Assembly: GCA_947628695.1 (NCBI GenBank) | Contig: CANRAV010000007.1 | Location: forward strand, 19,549-83,548 | Source: an uncultured Clostridia bacterium | GTDB lineage: Bacteria; Bacillota; Clostridia; Oscillospirales; CAG-382 | Direction: 5' to 3' | DNA length: 64,000 bases | Notes under the pieces: model-generated | What the model saw: only the letters and a program-made list of their open reading frames with translations | Told to the model about the DNA's origin: nothing | Database searches by the model: none | Made by a program: the position numbers and the translations under genes | In this document: one piece after another, positions 8,195 through 18,034 of the stretch | Numbering within the stretch: the stretch's first letter is position 1 | Layout of the letters: every line of letters starts with the position of its first letter

Positions 8195-9484
8195 ATGGAC
8201 GACAACAACAATATAAACATTGAAGAAACCGAGCAGGGCAGCGAAAAGGAAGAACGCAGCTTCAGGCTTATAAGGCTTAGGAACGCAGTTGCATTTGGCC
8301 TGGTCTGCTGCTTCGCCTTCGGGCTTGTGCTGTTTATTCTGACAAGCGAGGGGTATATCCGCCTCGGGCGTGAGTCTTCCGGTGTCACGGATGCTCCCGC
8401 ATCTGCGGTGGATGAACGCTTTTCGGAGGTGTACGACCTTCTCGAAAAGCAATATGTGGGCGACCTTGACGAAGAAAGCCAGCTTACGGAGGCGCTTAAG
8501 GCCTACGTAAAGGCGCTTGGCGACCCTTATACGGAGTATCTGGAGATGTCCGAAGCGGAGGAGTTCATAGACGGCAGCTACGGGCAGAAGTACGGCATAG
8601 GCGTGCGCGTTTTCGAGTCGACCGATCCCCCCGGTATTTACGTCAAATACGCCTACCCCGGCGCACCTGCCGAAAAGGCGGGGATACTTTCCGGCGACGT
8701 GATAGTTTCCGTTGACGGCGTCTCCGTCACCCACGAAAACTACGAAAAATCCGTCGACGCGGTCGCGGGCGAGGAAGGCACAACGGTAAAGCTTTCCGTA
8801 AAACGCGGGGAAGAGACTAAAGAGTTCTCCGTCGTTCGCGGCAGCTTTAACGCAAGCCCTATAGAATACCGGCTTCTCAACTGCGAGGGCGACATAGCCT
8901 ATCTGCGCATAGACGGCGTTTCAAGCAACTCCTCGGCGGAGTTTAAGGCGGCCCTTGAGGCGCTTAAAGCGCTTGGTGCAAAGGCCTACGTCTTCGACGT
9001 CAGGGACGACGGCGGCGGCTACCTTGACGAGGTTACGTCGATGCTTGACCTGCTTCTTCCTGAGGGGCCGATAGTGCACTACACCCACAAGGGCGAGGAG
9101 GACGAGCGCGTCGTTATGTCGGACGCCGATGTTTTAATTGATGCCCCTATGGCGGTGCTTATCAACAAAAACACGGCCTCTGCGGCAGAGCTTTTTGCGG
9201 CCGCACTCAGGGACTACAAGCTTGCCGTTCTCGTAGGGAAGACTACCTACGGAAAGGGCGTTATCCAAACCCTTTACGAGCTTAAGAACGGCGACGTCCT
9301 TAAAATAACCACCGGCAGATACGACCCGCCCTATGGCGAGAATTACCAGGGCGTCGGCGTAAACCCGGACGTAGAGGTCTCTCTGCCGAGCGGGGAAAGC
9401 TTCTACCTGCTTAAGGAATCGGAGGATACGCAGCTTCAGGCCGCGATAAGCGAGCTGCAAAATAAGCTGCAGGGCAAACAGTAA
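8195..9484 (+). CDS. S41 family C-terminal processing peptidase with PDZ domain
   Basis: It has an N-terminal TM, a PDZ-like segment (GILSGDVIVSVDG) and an S41 core (NKNTASAAELFAAAL ... GKTTYGKG). Confidence 0.85.
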   Translation: MDDNNNINIEETEQGSEKEERSFRLIRLRNAVAFGLVCCFAFGLVLFILTSEGYIRLGRESSGVTDAPASAVDERFSEVYDLLEKQYVGDLDEESQLTEALKAYVKALGDPYTEYLEMSEAEEFIDGSYGQKYGIGVRVFESTDPPGIYVKYAYPGAPAEKAGILSGDVIVSVDGVSVTHENYEKSVDAVAGEEGTTVKLSVKRGEETKEFSVVRGSFNASPIEYRLLNCEGDIAYLRIDGVSSNSSAEFKAALEALKALGAKAYVFDVRDDGGGYLDEVTSMLDLLLPEGPIVHYTHKGEEDERVVMSDADVLIDAPMAVLINKNTASAAELFAAALRDYKLAVLVGKTTYGKGVIQTLYELKNGDVLKITTGRYDPPYGENYQGVGVNPDVEVSLPSGESFYLLKESEDTQLQAAISELQNKLQGKQ

Positions 9485-9519
9485 ACATCTTATTAAAATA
9501 AACAAGAGGTATCTACACT

Positions 9520-9987
9520 ATGGCAAAACAGGTTTTTGTATCCCAGGAAGGCTTTGAAAAGATGCAGGCGGAGTTTGAGTATCTCAAAACCGTCAAACGC
9601 GAAGAGGTTAAGGCTGCCATCAAAAAGGCAAGAGAGTACGGCGACCTTTCCGAGAACAGCGAATACGACGAGGCTAAGAACGAGCAGGTAGAGGTTGAAA
9701 CCCGCATTGCCGAGCTTGAGGAAAGCCTTAAACACGTGGTCATAATAGACGACAAAAACATAAAAACGGACGTTGTCAGCTTCGGCAGCAGGGTAAAGGT
9801 CGCAAGCGGCGACACGGAGACGGAGTACACGATAGTCGGCTCTACCGAAAGCGACCCCTTCACGGGCAAAATATCCGACGAATCCCCCATAGGGAAGGGG
9901 CTTCTTGGCATGCGCCTTGGCGAGGAGAAGGTTATAGAGACCCCTCGCGGCAACGTTACGGTACAGGTTATAGGAATTTCGAGATAA
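9520..9987 (+). CDS. greA: Transcription elongation factor GreA
   Basis: 155 aa with the GreA N-terminal coiled coil (GDLSENSEYDEAK) and C-terminal domain. It lies directly upstream of lysS, as in many Firmicutes. Confidence 0.9.
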   Translation: MAKQVFVSQEGFEKMQAEFEYLKTVKREEVKAAIKKAREYGDLSENSEYDEAKNEQVEVETRIAELEESLKHVVIIDDKNIKTDVVSFGSRVKVASGDTETEYTIVGSTESDPFTGKISDESPIGKGLLGMRLGEEKVIETPRGNVTVQVIGISR

Positions 9988-10003
9988 CAAACAGGAGTAA
10001 TAC

Positions 10004-11500
10004 ATGGATGATATACAGATAAACCGGGACAGCGAAGAGCAGTCCATGAGCGAGCAGATGCTTCTCCGCCGTGAGAAGCTTAAGGCGCTTAAGGAGGCGG
10101 GCAAGGACCCGTACACTATAGTTCGCTACGACCGCACCGCTCTCGCCGCCGATGTAAAGGCGCGCTTTGAAGAGCTTGACGGCAAGGACGTTTCCGTCGC
10201 CGGCAGGATTATGAGCAGGCGCGACATGGGCAAGGCGAACTTCGTCGACCTGCTTGACGGCAGCGGAAGAATACAGCTTTACGTCAAGATAGACGACGTG
10301 GGCGAGGACTGCTTTGCGGAGTTTAAGACCTGGGACATAGGCGACATAATCGGCGTAAAGGGCTTTGTCTTCCGCACCCGCAGGGGCGAGATAAGCATTC
10401 ACGCAAAGGAGCTTTGCCTTCTCACCAAGTCACTGAATCCCCTGCCGGAAAAGTGGCACGGGCTTACCAATACCGACACGCGCTACCGTCAGCGTTACGT
10501 TGACCTTATAGTCAATCCGGACGTGAAGGACACGTTTATAAAGCGCTCTAAGATAATAAGCTCCATACGCCGCTACCTTGACGGGCAGGGCTTTGTGGAG
10601 GTGGAAACGCCCATGCTTGTTTCCAACGCCGGCGGTGCAGCCGCAAGGCCGTTTGAAACGCATTTCAATGCGCTTGGCGTCGACCTTAAGCTGCGCATAT
10701 CGCTGGAGCTTTACCTGAAAAGGCTTATTGTCGGCGGGATAGAGAAGGTGTACGAGATAGGCCGCGTTTTCCGCAACGAGGGGCTTGACACCCGCCACAA
10801 TCCGGAGTTTACGCTTATGGAGCTTTACCAGGCGTACACGGACTATCACGGCATGATGGACCTTACGGAGAACCTCTACCGTCACGTTGCAAACGAGGTT
10901 CTCGGAACCACCGTAATAAGCTACGGCGGGGTGGAAATGGACCTTGGCAAGCCGTTTGAACGCATAACGATGGTTGACGCGGTCAAGAAGTACGCAGGCG
11001 TAGACTTCTCGGAGATAAAGACTTTGGACGAAGCGCGCGCTGCGGCAAAGGAAAAGGGCGTGGAGTTTGAAGAGCGCCATTCAAAGGGCGACATTTTGAA
11101 TCTGTTCTTCGAGGAGTTTGCAGAGCATCACCTCGTGCAGCCTACGTTTGTGACGGATCACCCGGTGGAAATCTCCCCGCTTACCAAGAAGAAGCCCGAC
11201 AACCCCGACTACGTCGAGAGGTTCGAGTTCTTCATGAACGGCTGGGAGATGGCAAACGCGTATTCCGAGCTTAACGACCCCATCGACCAGCGCGAGCGCT
11301 TCGCCGCACAGGAGGAGCAGTTCGCCAAGGGCGACATGGAGGCAAACCACACGGACGAGGACTTCCTCAACGCCCTTGAGATAGGCATGCCCCCTACGGG
11401 CGGCATAGGCTTCGGCATCGACAGAATGTGCATGCTGCTTACCGACTCCTCCGCCATCCGCGACGTCCTGCTGTTCCCGACAATGAAGCCGCTGGACTGA
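10004..11500 (+). CDS. lysS: Lysine--tRNA ligase (class II)
   Basis: 498 aa with an OB anticodon-binding domain and class II motifs ([24 protein letters not shown]). Confidence 0.92.
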   Translation: MDDIQINRDSEEQSMSEQMLLRREKLKALKEAGKDPYTIVRYDRTALAADVKARFEELDGKDVSVAGRIMSRRDMGKANFVDLLDGSGRIQLYVKIDDVGEDCFAEFKTWDIGDIIGVKGFVFRTRRGEISIHAKELCLLTKSLNPLPEKWHGLTNTDTRYRQRYVDLIVNPDVKDTFIKRSKIISSIRRYLDGQGFVEVETPMLVSNAGGAAARPFETHFNALGVDLKLRISLELYLKRLIVGGIEKVYEIGRVFRNEGLDTRHNPEFTLMELYQAYTDYHGMMDLTENLYRHVANEVLGTTVISYGGVEMDLGKPFERITMVDAVKKYAGVDFSEIKTLDEARAAAKEKGVEFEERHSKGDILNLFFEEFAEHHLVQPTFVTDHPVEISPLTKKKPDNPDYVERFEFFMNGWEMANAYSELNDPIDQRERFAAQEEQFAKGDMEANHTDEDFLNALEIGMPPTGGIGFGIDRMCMLLTDSSAIRDVLLFPTMKPLD

Positions 11501-11615
11501 AAACCCTAGTATTTATGCGGGTTTCAGGCTCTTAAAATCCAAGTTGACAACAAATTGACAACAATTTTTCGTGCTTTTGCGAAGGATTGTGACGCAGTAT
11601 GAATTGTTGTAAGGT

Positions 11616-11716
11616 CGAGACACCGTATAGCGCCTACCAAGTATGAGAACACTTTTTGAAATTTTCAAAGGGTGTTCTCTTTTTTTGCAGGATAATCTTC
11701 TCTGTCATATGTCAAA
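11616..11716. repeat. 101-bp direct repeat, left copy (contains the lysS terminator)
   Basis: It differs from 17328-17428 at 4 of 101 positions by my alignment. It contains GAGAACAC...GTGTTCTC followed by a T-run (11645-11686). Confidence 0.85.
11645..11686 (+). terminator. Rho-independent terminator downstream of lysS
   Basis: GAGAACACTTTTTGAAA/TTTTCAAAGGGTGTTCTC hairpin followed by TTTTTTT. Confidence 0.8.
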
Positions 11717-11767
11717 TCAAATGCACCGGAAAGGAAATTTTATCAAATAAAGACCGAATAAGCGGCA

Positions 11768-11829
11768 CATACTTGTTGACATTTCAACAAGTATGCGCTA
11801 TAATAAACTATCATGTTGAAGCTTCAACA
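11768..11829 (+). promoter_or_regulatory. Consensus promoter overlapped by two palindromic operator-like sites
   Basis: - Promoter: TTGACA (11776-11781), a 17-nt spacer, then TATAAT (11799-11804).
- First palindrome: CATACTTGTTGA-CATT-TCAACAAGTATG (11768-11795), overlapping the -35.
- Second palindrome: TGTTGAAGCTTCAACA (11814-11829), just downstream of the -10. Confidence 0.65.
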
Positions 11830-12010
11830 AGCGAAGTGGAATCGTCGTGGAGAGATGCTTTGAAGCTTTTACCGTTTTTAAAGGAAAGTGGCACGGCGCT
11901 TACAAAAGAGCGGCTCCCTTTCTACCGCCGCTTGACGTTTATATCGGCTGCCCTTGAGGTCATTGACAGCCGATCCACATAAAATAATAACCGATAAAGG
12001 AGAGTTTTAC

Positions 12011-13024
12011 ATGAGATGTGCAATCTACGGCGCCGGTTCGCTTGGTACGGTTCTCGGCGCGTATCTGACAAAGGGCGGTCAGAGCGTAGAATTGATTAAC
12101 CGCAACAAAGCGCATATCGCGGCGCTTCGGGAAAACGGCGCGCATATTGTCGGAACCGTGAATTTTACGGTCCCGGTAACGGCGTTGCTGCCCGAGGAAA
12201 TGAGGGGCGAGTACGATATAATTTTTTTGATGACGAAGCAGCTTCACAACCGCGAAGTCGTGACCTTCTTAAAGCCGATGCTCTCAGGTAACGGTGTGAT
12301 TGTCACGATGCAGAACGGAATTCCCGAGCCGGAGATCGCCGAGATTGTGGGCAAGGAACACACCGTCGGCTGCGTGGTGGAATGGGGAGCAACCCTTTCC
12401 GCACCGGGAGAAAGCACTCTGACAAGCGCTCCGGACAGCCTCTCCTTCCACATGGGAGGTATGGAAGGCGTCCCGGACGAGGCGCTGCGCGCCGTAAAAG
12501 AGATTTTGGAGATCATGTGTCCCGTGCATTATGAAGAAAATCTGATAGGTGCAAGGTGGTCAAAGCTGCTGATAAACGCCACGTTCTCCGGACTCGGTAC
12601 GGTGGTGGGCGGTTTGTTCGGCGACGTCAGCGAAGACAAGGACGCGCGCAAGGTTGCGGTTCGCTGCATGAAGGAATGTATCGACGTGGGACATGCCGCT
12701 GGTGCAGCGTTTACGCCGGTGCAGGGCAAGGACATCACCAAGCTGTTTTACTACAAAAGCGCGCCCAAGAGACTGTTTGCGGAGCTTCTGCTCCCAATTG
12801 CCATGAAAAAGCACCGCGAGATAGAGCCTTCCATGCTGCAGGATCTGCGGCACGGGAAGCCCTGCGAGATCGACGCAATCAACGGCGTTGTGTGCAAGTG
12901 GGGTAAAAAATGCGGCGTGCCGACGCCTATCAATGACCGCATCGTGGAAATTGTCGGCAGGCAGCAAGCGGGAGAAATGCCCCTTGCGAAAGAAAACATC
13001 CGTCTTTTTGACGACTTATTATAA
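12011..13024 (+). CDS. Ketopantoate reductase (PanE/ApbA) family 2-oxoacid reductase
   Basis: It has an N-terminal Rossmann motif IYGAGSLGTVLGAYL and PanE/ApbA-like length. ATG at 12011 is preceded by AAAGGAGAG. Confidence 0.75.
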   Translation: MRCAIYGAGSLGTVLGAYLTKGGQSVELINRNKAHIAALRENGAHIVGTVNFTVPVTALLPEEMRGEYDIIFLMTKQLHNREVVTFLKPMLSGNGVIVTMQNGIPEPEIAEIVGKEHTVGCVVEWGATLSAPGESTLTSAPDSLSFHMGGMEGVPDEALRAVKEILEIMCPVHYEENLIGARWSKLLINATFSGLGTVVGGLFGDVSEDKDARKVAVRCMKECIDVGHAAGAAFTPVQGKDITKLFYYKSAPKRLFAELLLPIAMKKHREIEPSMLQDLRHGKPCEIDAINGVVCKWGKKCGVPTPINDRIVEIVGRQQAGEMPLAKENIRLFDDLL

Positions 13025-13035
13025 GGAGAGGGATT

Positions 13036-15090
13036 ATGGACAAAAAACTGGAACCCTTGTTCACCCCGTGGAAAATCGGCAGCTGCGAGATCAAAAACCG
13101 CATCGTGCTGACCTCTATGGGCGGAACCGACCTGTTCGGCTGGATGGAGAAAAACCATTTTGACAAGGAGGGAGCGAACTTTCTTATGGAGGTCGCCCAA
13201 AACAACGTCGGCCTCGTTTTGCCCGGCTGTCAGCCGATTTATAACCCAATGCTCGGTCAGTGGCTGCATAAAAACAAGAAAATGTACCGTGATTTGGCTG
13301 AATGGATGCCTCGGTTCCACAAAACCGGCGCCAAGCTGTTCGTGCAGCTGACCGCAGGCTTCGGCCGTTCCTTCACCGTCAGCGAGATGATGGAAACGCT
13401 GTATACAAATAAGGTGCTGCGCGTACTCTCCAAGCCCATTATGAACCTGGATAAGATCACCGCTACCGCAAGTCCGTCGCCAAACCGTTGGTCGGACAAG
13501 GTCCCCTCCAGAGAAATGACAAGGGGAGAAATCGAAGAGTTTATCACCGCCTTCGGGAAAAGCGCAAAAATGCTTAAAGACGCCGGAGTGGACGGCGTGG
13601 AGGTTCACGCAGTGCATGAAGGGTATCTCCTCGACCAGTTCACCTTGAAATACGTAAACCACCGCACCGACGAATACGGCGGCAGCCTCGAAAATCGTTA
13701 TCGCTTTGCAGTAGAGATCGTTAAAGAAATCAAAAACACCTGCGGAAAAGATTTCCCCGTTTCACTGCGCTACAGCGTGGTATCCAAAACCAAAGGCTTC
13801 CGTCGGGGTGCGCTGCCCGGTGAAGAGTATACCGAGGTCGGGCGCGATATGGCGGAATCGGAAATCGCCGCGAAATACCTGCAGGACGCCGGATACGATA
13901 TGCTCAACTGCGACAACGGCACATACGACGCCTGGTATTGGGCGCATCCGCCAATCTATATGCCCGAAAACTGCAACCTTGCGGACGTAGAACACATCAA
14001 GCAGTTTGTGGATATCCCCGTTGTCTGCGCTGGTCGACTTGATCCTGCGGTCGCCGCCGAATCCATCGCTGCAGGCAGGCTTGACGGCGCGGGCTTTGCA
14101 CGTCAGTTCCTTGCAGACCGCGCCTGGGTCACCAAGCTAATGGAAGGCCGTCCCGAGGACATTCGCCCCTGCATCCTCTGCCACAACGGCTGCTTTAATA
14201 TGTGCCACTATAAAGGCGTTCCCAACGATCAGGACCTTTTTGACAGTCTCGGGCTCGGCCGCTGCGCCGTCAATGCCGAGACGCTGCAGACCGGCAAGCA
14301 CTACATAAAGAAAACCGCAAAACCCAAAAAGGTCGCCGTCATCGGCGGTGGCATCGGCGGCATGGAGACCGCGCGGGTGTTGAAGCTTCGCGGGCACGAA
14401 CCGGTCATCTATGAAAAGAGCGGCGAGCTGGGAGGTGCCTTTATCGCCGCCGGCGCCGAGTCCTACAAGGGCAAGCTGCGCGACCTTCTCGCCTGGTACC
14501 GCAGGCAGATGGAACAGCTCGGCATAGAGGTGCATCTGAACAATGAAATCCGTGATTTAGGACAATTTGCGGGGCAGGAGATCATTGTTGCCACCGGTGC
14601 AAGTGCGCGCATTCTCAAAAATGTGCCGGGGTATGAAAAAACGGTGGAGGCATGTGACTACCTAGCAGGCACACCGGTTGGGGATACCGTAGCCGTCATC
14701 GGCGGCGGCCTTACAGGATGTGAGATCGCATACGAGCTTGCCCTGCGGGGCAAGAAGCCTGTCATTGTCGAGAAGAAAGACGACCTCATCAGTCAAAAAG
14801 GCGTCTGCCTTGCCAATAGCTCTTATCTGCGCGAATGGTTCGCTCTGCACAAGGTGCCCGTGTATTTGGAGACCACCCTCAAAGAGGTTAAGGACGGATC
14901 CGTCGTCTGCACCGGCAAGGACGGAAAAGACTTTGAAGTTATTTGCGATTCGGTCATAAGCTGCGTGGGATATGTGCCCGCACCGCTTGCGGCAAAGGGT
15001 AAAAAAGTACGCCTGGTAGGCGATTGCAGACAGGTTGGAAACCTGCGCACGGTCATTTGGCGCGCTTATGAAGCGGCAATGGCCATTTAA
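13036..15090 (+). CDS. OYE-like NADH:flavin oxidoreductase fused to an FAD/NAD(P)-binding domain (2-enoate reductase / 2,4-dienoyl-CoA reductase-like)
   Basis: 684 aa with an N-terminal TIM-barrel OYE region, a Cys cluster (CILCHNGCFNMC) and two GxGxxG Rossmann motifs (VIGGGIGG, VIGGGLTG). Confidence 0.8.
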   Translation: MDKKLEPLFTPWKIGSCEIKNRIVLTSMGGTDLFGWMEKNHFDKEGANFLMEVAQNNVGLVLPGCQPIYNPMLGQWLHKNKKMYRDLAEWMPRFHKTGAKLFVQLTAGFGRSFTVSEMMETLYTNKVLRVLSKPIMNLDKITATASPSPNRWSDKVPSREMTRGEIEEFITAFGKSAKMLKDAGVDGVEVHAVHEGYLLDQFTLKYVNHRTDEYGGSLENRYRFAVEIVKEIKNTCGKDFPVSLRYSVVSKTKGFRRGALPGEEYTEVGRDMAESEIAAKYLQDAGYDMLNCDNGTYDAWYWAHPPIYMPENCNLADVEHIKQFVDIPVVCAGRLDPAVAAESIAAGRLDGAGFARQFLADRAWVTKLMEGRPEDIRPCILCHNGCFNMCHYKGVPNDQDLFDSLGLGRCAVNAETLQTGKHYIKKTAKPKKVAVIGGGIGGMETARVLKLRGHEPVIYEKSGELGGAFIAAGAESYKGKLRDLLAWYRRQMEQLGIEVHLNNEIRDLGQFAGQEIIVATGASARILKNVPGYEKTVEACDYLAGTPVGDTVAVIGGGLTGCEIAYELALRGKKPVIVEKKDDLISQKGVCLANSSYLREWFALHKVPVYLETTLKEVKDGSVVCTGKDGKDFEVICDSVISCVGYVPAPLAAKGKKVRLVGDCRQVGNLRTVIWRAYEAAMAI

Positions 15091-15105
15091 CGGGGAGGGA
15101 AAATC

Positions 15106-16380
15106 ATGCAGTTAAACGAAGAATTACAGGCCGTTCTCGACGGCAAAAAGGGCTGCGCCCGGCAAAAGGTGCTTAAAACCATGATGCGCTACGGGGAGCT
15201 GTTCGGTGCGGAAAGTATGGTCCGCGTATCCGGGCAGTATAACCATTTGGTCACTTCCTTCGGGTTGAAGGCTCTCGCGCCGGTATACAACCTGCTGGAT
15301 CAGCTTATTGCGGAAGCGGCCGTCTCCGAGCAAAAGTTTTCGGCCGATCCGCGTCCGCTCGATCCCAATGTTCCAAGCTCCTTCCTGCAAAACATAATCT
15401 TCAATCATTTCATGTATTCCAGGCAGGACGAGTACGAGAAGCAGCTGGAAAAGCTCGGACTCTTAAACAAAGACGCCTTCACCTGTACCTGCTATATGGA
15501 CGAGGTTGGCAACGTGCCCAAACAGGGCGAGATACTCTCCTGGTCGGAATCCTCGGCGGTTGTCTACGCCAATTCCGTTTTGGGCGCACGCTGCAACCGC
15601 AACTCCGGCATTATTGATCTGATGGGTTCGATACTCGGTTATGTGCCTTGTTTCGGCCTGCTCACCGACGAAGGACGAAAGGCGACTTGGATCGTGGAGA
15701 TTCGCACCTCCAAAAAGCCGGAAGCGCAGCTGCTCGGCTCCGCCGTCGGCATGAAGGTTATGGAGGACGTACCCTACATCGTCGGCCTTGATAAGTGGCT
15801 CGGCACACTCGACGAGGATGCAAAAACCTATCTCAAGGATTTCGGCGCCGCCACTGCCTCCAACGGTGCGGTGGGACTGTACCACGTAGAGGGAATCACC
15901 CCCGAAGCCGTCCGTCAGGGCAGGGGACTTCTCACCGAGAACGCCAAAACCTACGTCATCGACGACGCCGAGCTTGAACGCGTTTACAAGAGCTATCCCA
16001 TCATATGGAAAAAGAAGGACGCCACCCCCAAGCTCTGCTTCATGGGCTGCCCTCACATGAGCTTCAACCAGCTTATCACCTGGACAAAGAATGTAGAGCA
16101 GGGGCTGAAGGAAAACGGCAGGAATAAGGTCGTTATCCCCACCGTTTTCACCGCCGCGCCGGACGTTATCAAGCGGTTTGAACAGACCGAATACGCCTCT
16201 CGCCTAAAGGCAGTCGGCGTTGTCCTTTCTTACATCTGTCCGCTTATGTATATGAACAATCCGCTAAGCGAAAAGATACCGGTCATTACCTCCAGCAATA
16301 AGCTGCGTACCTATACCAGCGCCAGATATTATACCGATGACGAAATACTTGCACAAATTACGGGAGGTGCGTTGAAATGA
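15106..16380 (+). CDS. Aconitase X catalytic (large) subunit, DUF521 family
   Basis: A 424-aa DUF521-like sequence. It overlaps the start of a DUF126-like small subunit by 4 nt, the typical two-subunit AcnX arrangement. Confidence 0.7.
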   Translation: MQLNEELQAVLDGKKGCARQKVLKTMMRYGELFGAESMVRVSGQYNHLVTSFGLKALAPVYNLLDQLIAEAAVSEQKFSADPRPLDPNVPSSFLQNIIFNHFMYSRQDEYEKQLEKLGLLNKDAFTCTCYMDEVGNVPKQGEILSWSESSAVVYANSVLGARCNRNSGIIDLMGSILGYVPCFGLLTDEGRKATWIVEIRTSKKPEAQLLGSAVGMKVMEDVPYIVGLDKWLGTLDEDAKTYLKDFGAATASNGAVGLYHVEGITPEAVRQGRGLLTENAKTYVIDDAELERVYKSYPIIWKKKDATPKLCFMGCPHMSFNQLITWTKNVEQGLKENGRNKVVIPTVFTAAPDVIKRFEQTEYASRLKAVGVVLSYICPLMYMNNPLSEKIPVITSSNKLRTYTSARYYTDDEILAQITGGALK

Positions 16381-16820
16381 AAAAATATAAAGGGAGGGTC
16401 GTTGCCCCGGGTACAATAACGGCCGAGGCGTTAGTCAGCCACGGCGGTCTCAATACCCTGGCGTCATTCCAAAAGGCGCTGCAATTCGGCGATAAAAAAG
16501 CCACCTGCGGCGATCAGAACAACCCCGATCTTTACGGCAAACAGATGGCCGGCAAGGCGCTCTGTCTGCCCCGCACCATCGGCTCCACCACAGGCGGTCT
16601 GGTGCTTTACTGCGCCTGCTCCATGCACCGCCAGCCGGCTTGTATGCTGTTTTCCGAGCCTATCGATTCCCTCGCGGCGGCGGGCGCAGTGCTTGCCGAC
16701 GTATGGCTGGAGGATGTCACCATGCCGGTCGTCGACTCTCTCGGCGATGAGTTCCTTTCCTATGTCAAGGACGGTATGAAAATAACCGTCAGGGAAGACG
16801 GAACGGTAGAAGTGGAATAA
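16377..16820 (+). CDS. Aconitase X swivel-domain (small) subunit, DUF126 family
   Basis: 147 aa with the GKALCLPRTIGSTTGGLVLY segment characteristic of DUF126. It is translationally coupled to the large subunit (ATGA overlap). Confidence 0.7.
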   Translation: MKKYKGRVVAPGTITAEALVSHGGLNTLASFQKALQFGDKKATCGDQNNPDLYGKQMAGKALCLPRTIGSTTGGLVLYCACSMHRQPACMLFSEPIDSLAAAGAVLADVWLEDVTMPVVDSLGDEFLSYVKDGMKITVREDGTVEVE

Positions 16821-16888
16821 AGAGCTTCGAAGCTCTCATACCAAGGGAAAACGGTCGGGACAGCAAATTAGCTTCGGTGAGGAGAACC

Positions 16889-17284
16889 ATGTTATTTCAC
16901 ACCTTTGATTCTCACGAAAAAAGAAGAGAATACGGCGGCACCGGGTTTATGGAAATGCAATTCTGCAAGCTGCCTGCCGGGACGAAAATAAAGCGCATTG
17001 TTTCGGCAAACAGAATACAAAATTGGCAGCTTGACTCGTTGTATATTTGCGCCGATGACGTCGATGTTTTTTCGCGGGAATACGGCGGCGTTTTCACCTG
17101 CGGAGCCTATAATGGCTTGAAAAGCGGAGCCGTCGATATATTCGGCATCAATTATTACGCGCCGGAACATGTAGACCCTATTATCGAAAAAATTCGCAAA
17201 GAAAAGCCTGTGGATTACGAGCCGCTGACCCGCTGGTTGAATAAGGCGAAAGAATATAACGGATTTTACATTTTGGGGATTTGA
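16889..17284 (+). CDS. Hypothetical protein
   Basis: ORF with a GAGGAG RBS (16879-16884) and ATG at 16889. No family was recognised. Confidence 0.5.
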   Translation: MLFHTFDSHEKRREYGGTGFMEMQFCKLPAGTKIKRIVSANRIQNWQLDSLYICADDVDVFSREYGGVFTCGAYNGLKSGAVDIFGINYYAPEHVDPIIEKIRKEKPVDYEPLTRWLNKAKEYNGFYILGI

Positions 17285-17327
17285 TAAACTGTACGGCCGG
17301 GACACCGTATAGCGCCTACCAAGTAGC

Positions 17328-17428
17328 CGAGACACCGTATAGCGCCTGTCAAGTATGAGAACACTTTTTGAAATTTTCAAAGAGTGTTCTCTTTTTTTGC
17401 AGGATAATCTTCACTGTCATATGTCAAA
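17328..17428. repeat. 101-bp direct repeat, right copy (plus an extra 27-bp partial copy at 17299-17325)
   Basis: It is near-identical to 11616-11716. The motif GACACCGTATAGCGCCTACCAAGTA occurs three times in the window (11620, 17301, 17331). Confidence 0.85.
17357..17398 (+). terminator. Rho-independent terminator closing the metabolic cassette
   Basis: It is the same hairpin as the left copy (one stem substitution) followed by TTTTTTT. Confidence 0.8.
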
Positions 17429-18034
17429 AACCCCGTTCGATTTTCGGTATGGTACGCAGCCGTTTGGGCAGCAAAAGGGACGGCTGCGCCGGCACGGCAT
17501 TCTTTAAGTGTTTTTTCACAACCTCACTTTAACTATTTTATCGATCAAAACCTCATTTCGTATGGCTCGTATTCATTAAAGCATTTGTTGACCGAATTGC
17601 TTTTTCAATGGATAAAAAACACTTCGCCAACAATCCAATCGCCGATATTTTTCTTTAATCCGTGGTATTGTTTTTGCAGCGGCCGCTGAAAAAACAAATT
17701 TTTTTTGGACAAAAGCGACTTTAAAACTATTAAATAAGCGGATTTTCGCCCTGAACATAATGCCGATCACGGTACAGACGCGAAGAAGCCGGCACTAACT
17801 TGACGCCGATCGGCGCCGGTGACCGGGATGCTGCGTTTGTTCGCAAGGCTGAGGATGCGGCTCTGCGAACGGTGTTTTTTACGCACGGAAACATACAATT
17901 CATGCAAAATGACTTTTCATCAAAGGAAGGCAATGGTAAAATACAGAGTCAATTGGATTTTGTCCGCAGATTGCAGATTGTGTATCCGGCGGGCAAGACC
18001 GAAGAAAGCACTGCAAACAGAAAGGATGATTTTG

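Noticed and set aside
11656-11982. 108-aa ORF in the lysS-to-cassette intergenic region.
   Set aside because: It starts inside the lysS terminator hairpin and runs across the consensus promoter and operator palindromes. It has no RBS and odd composition, so it is almost certainly non-coding.
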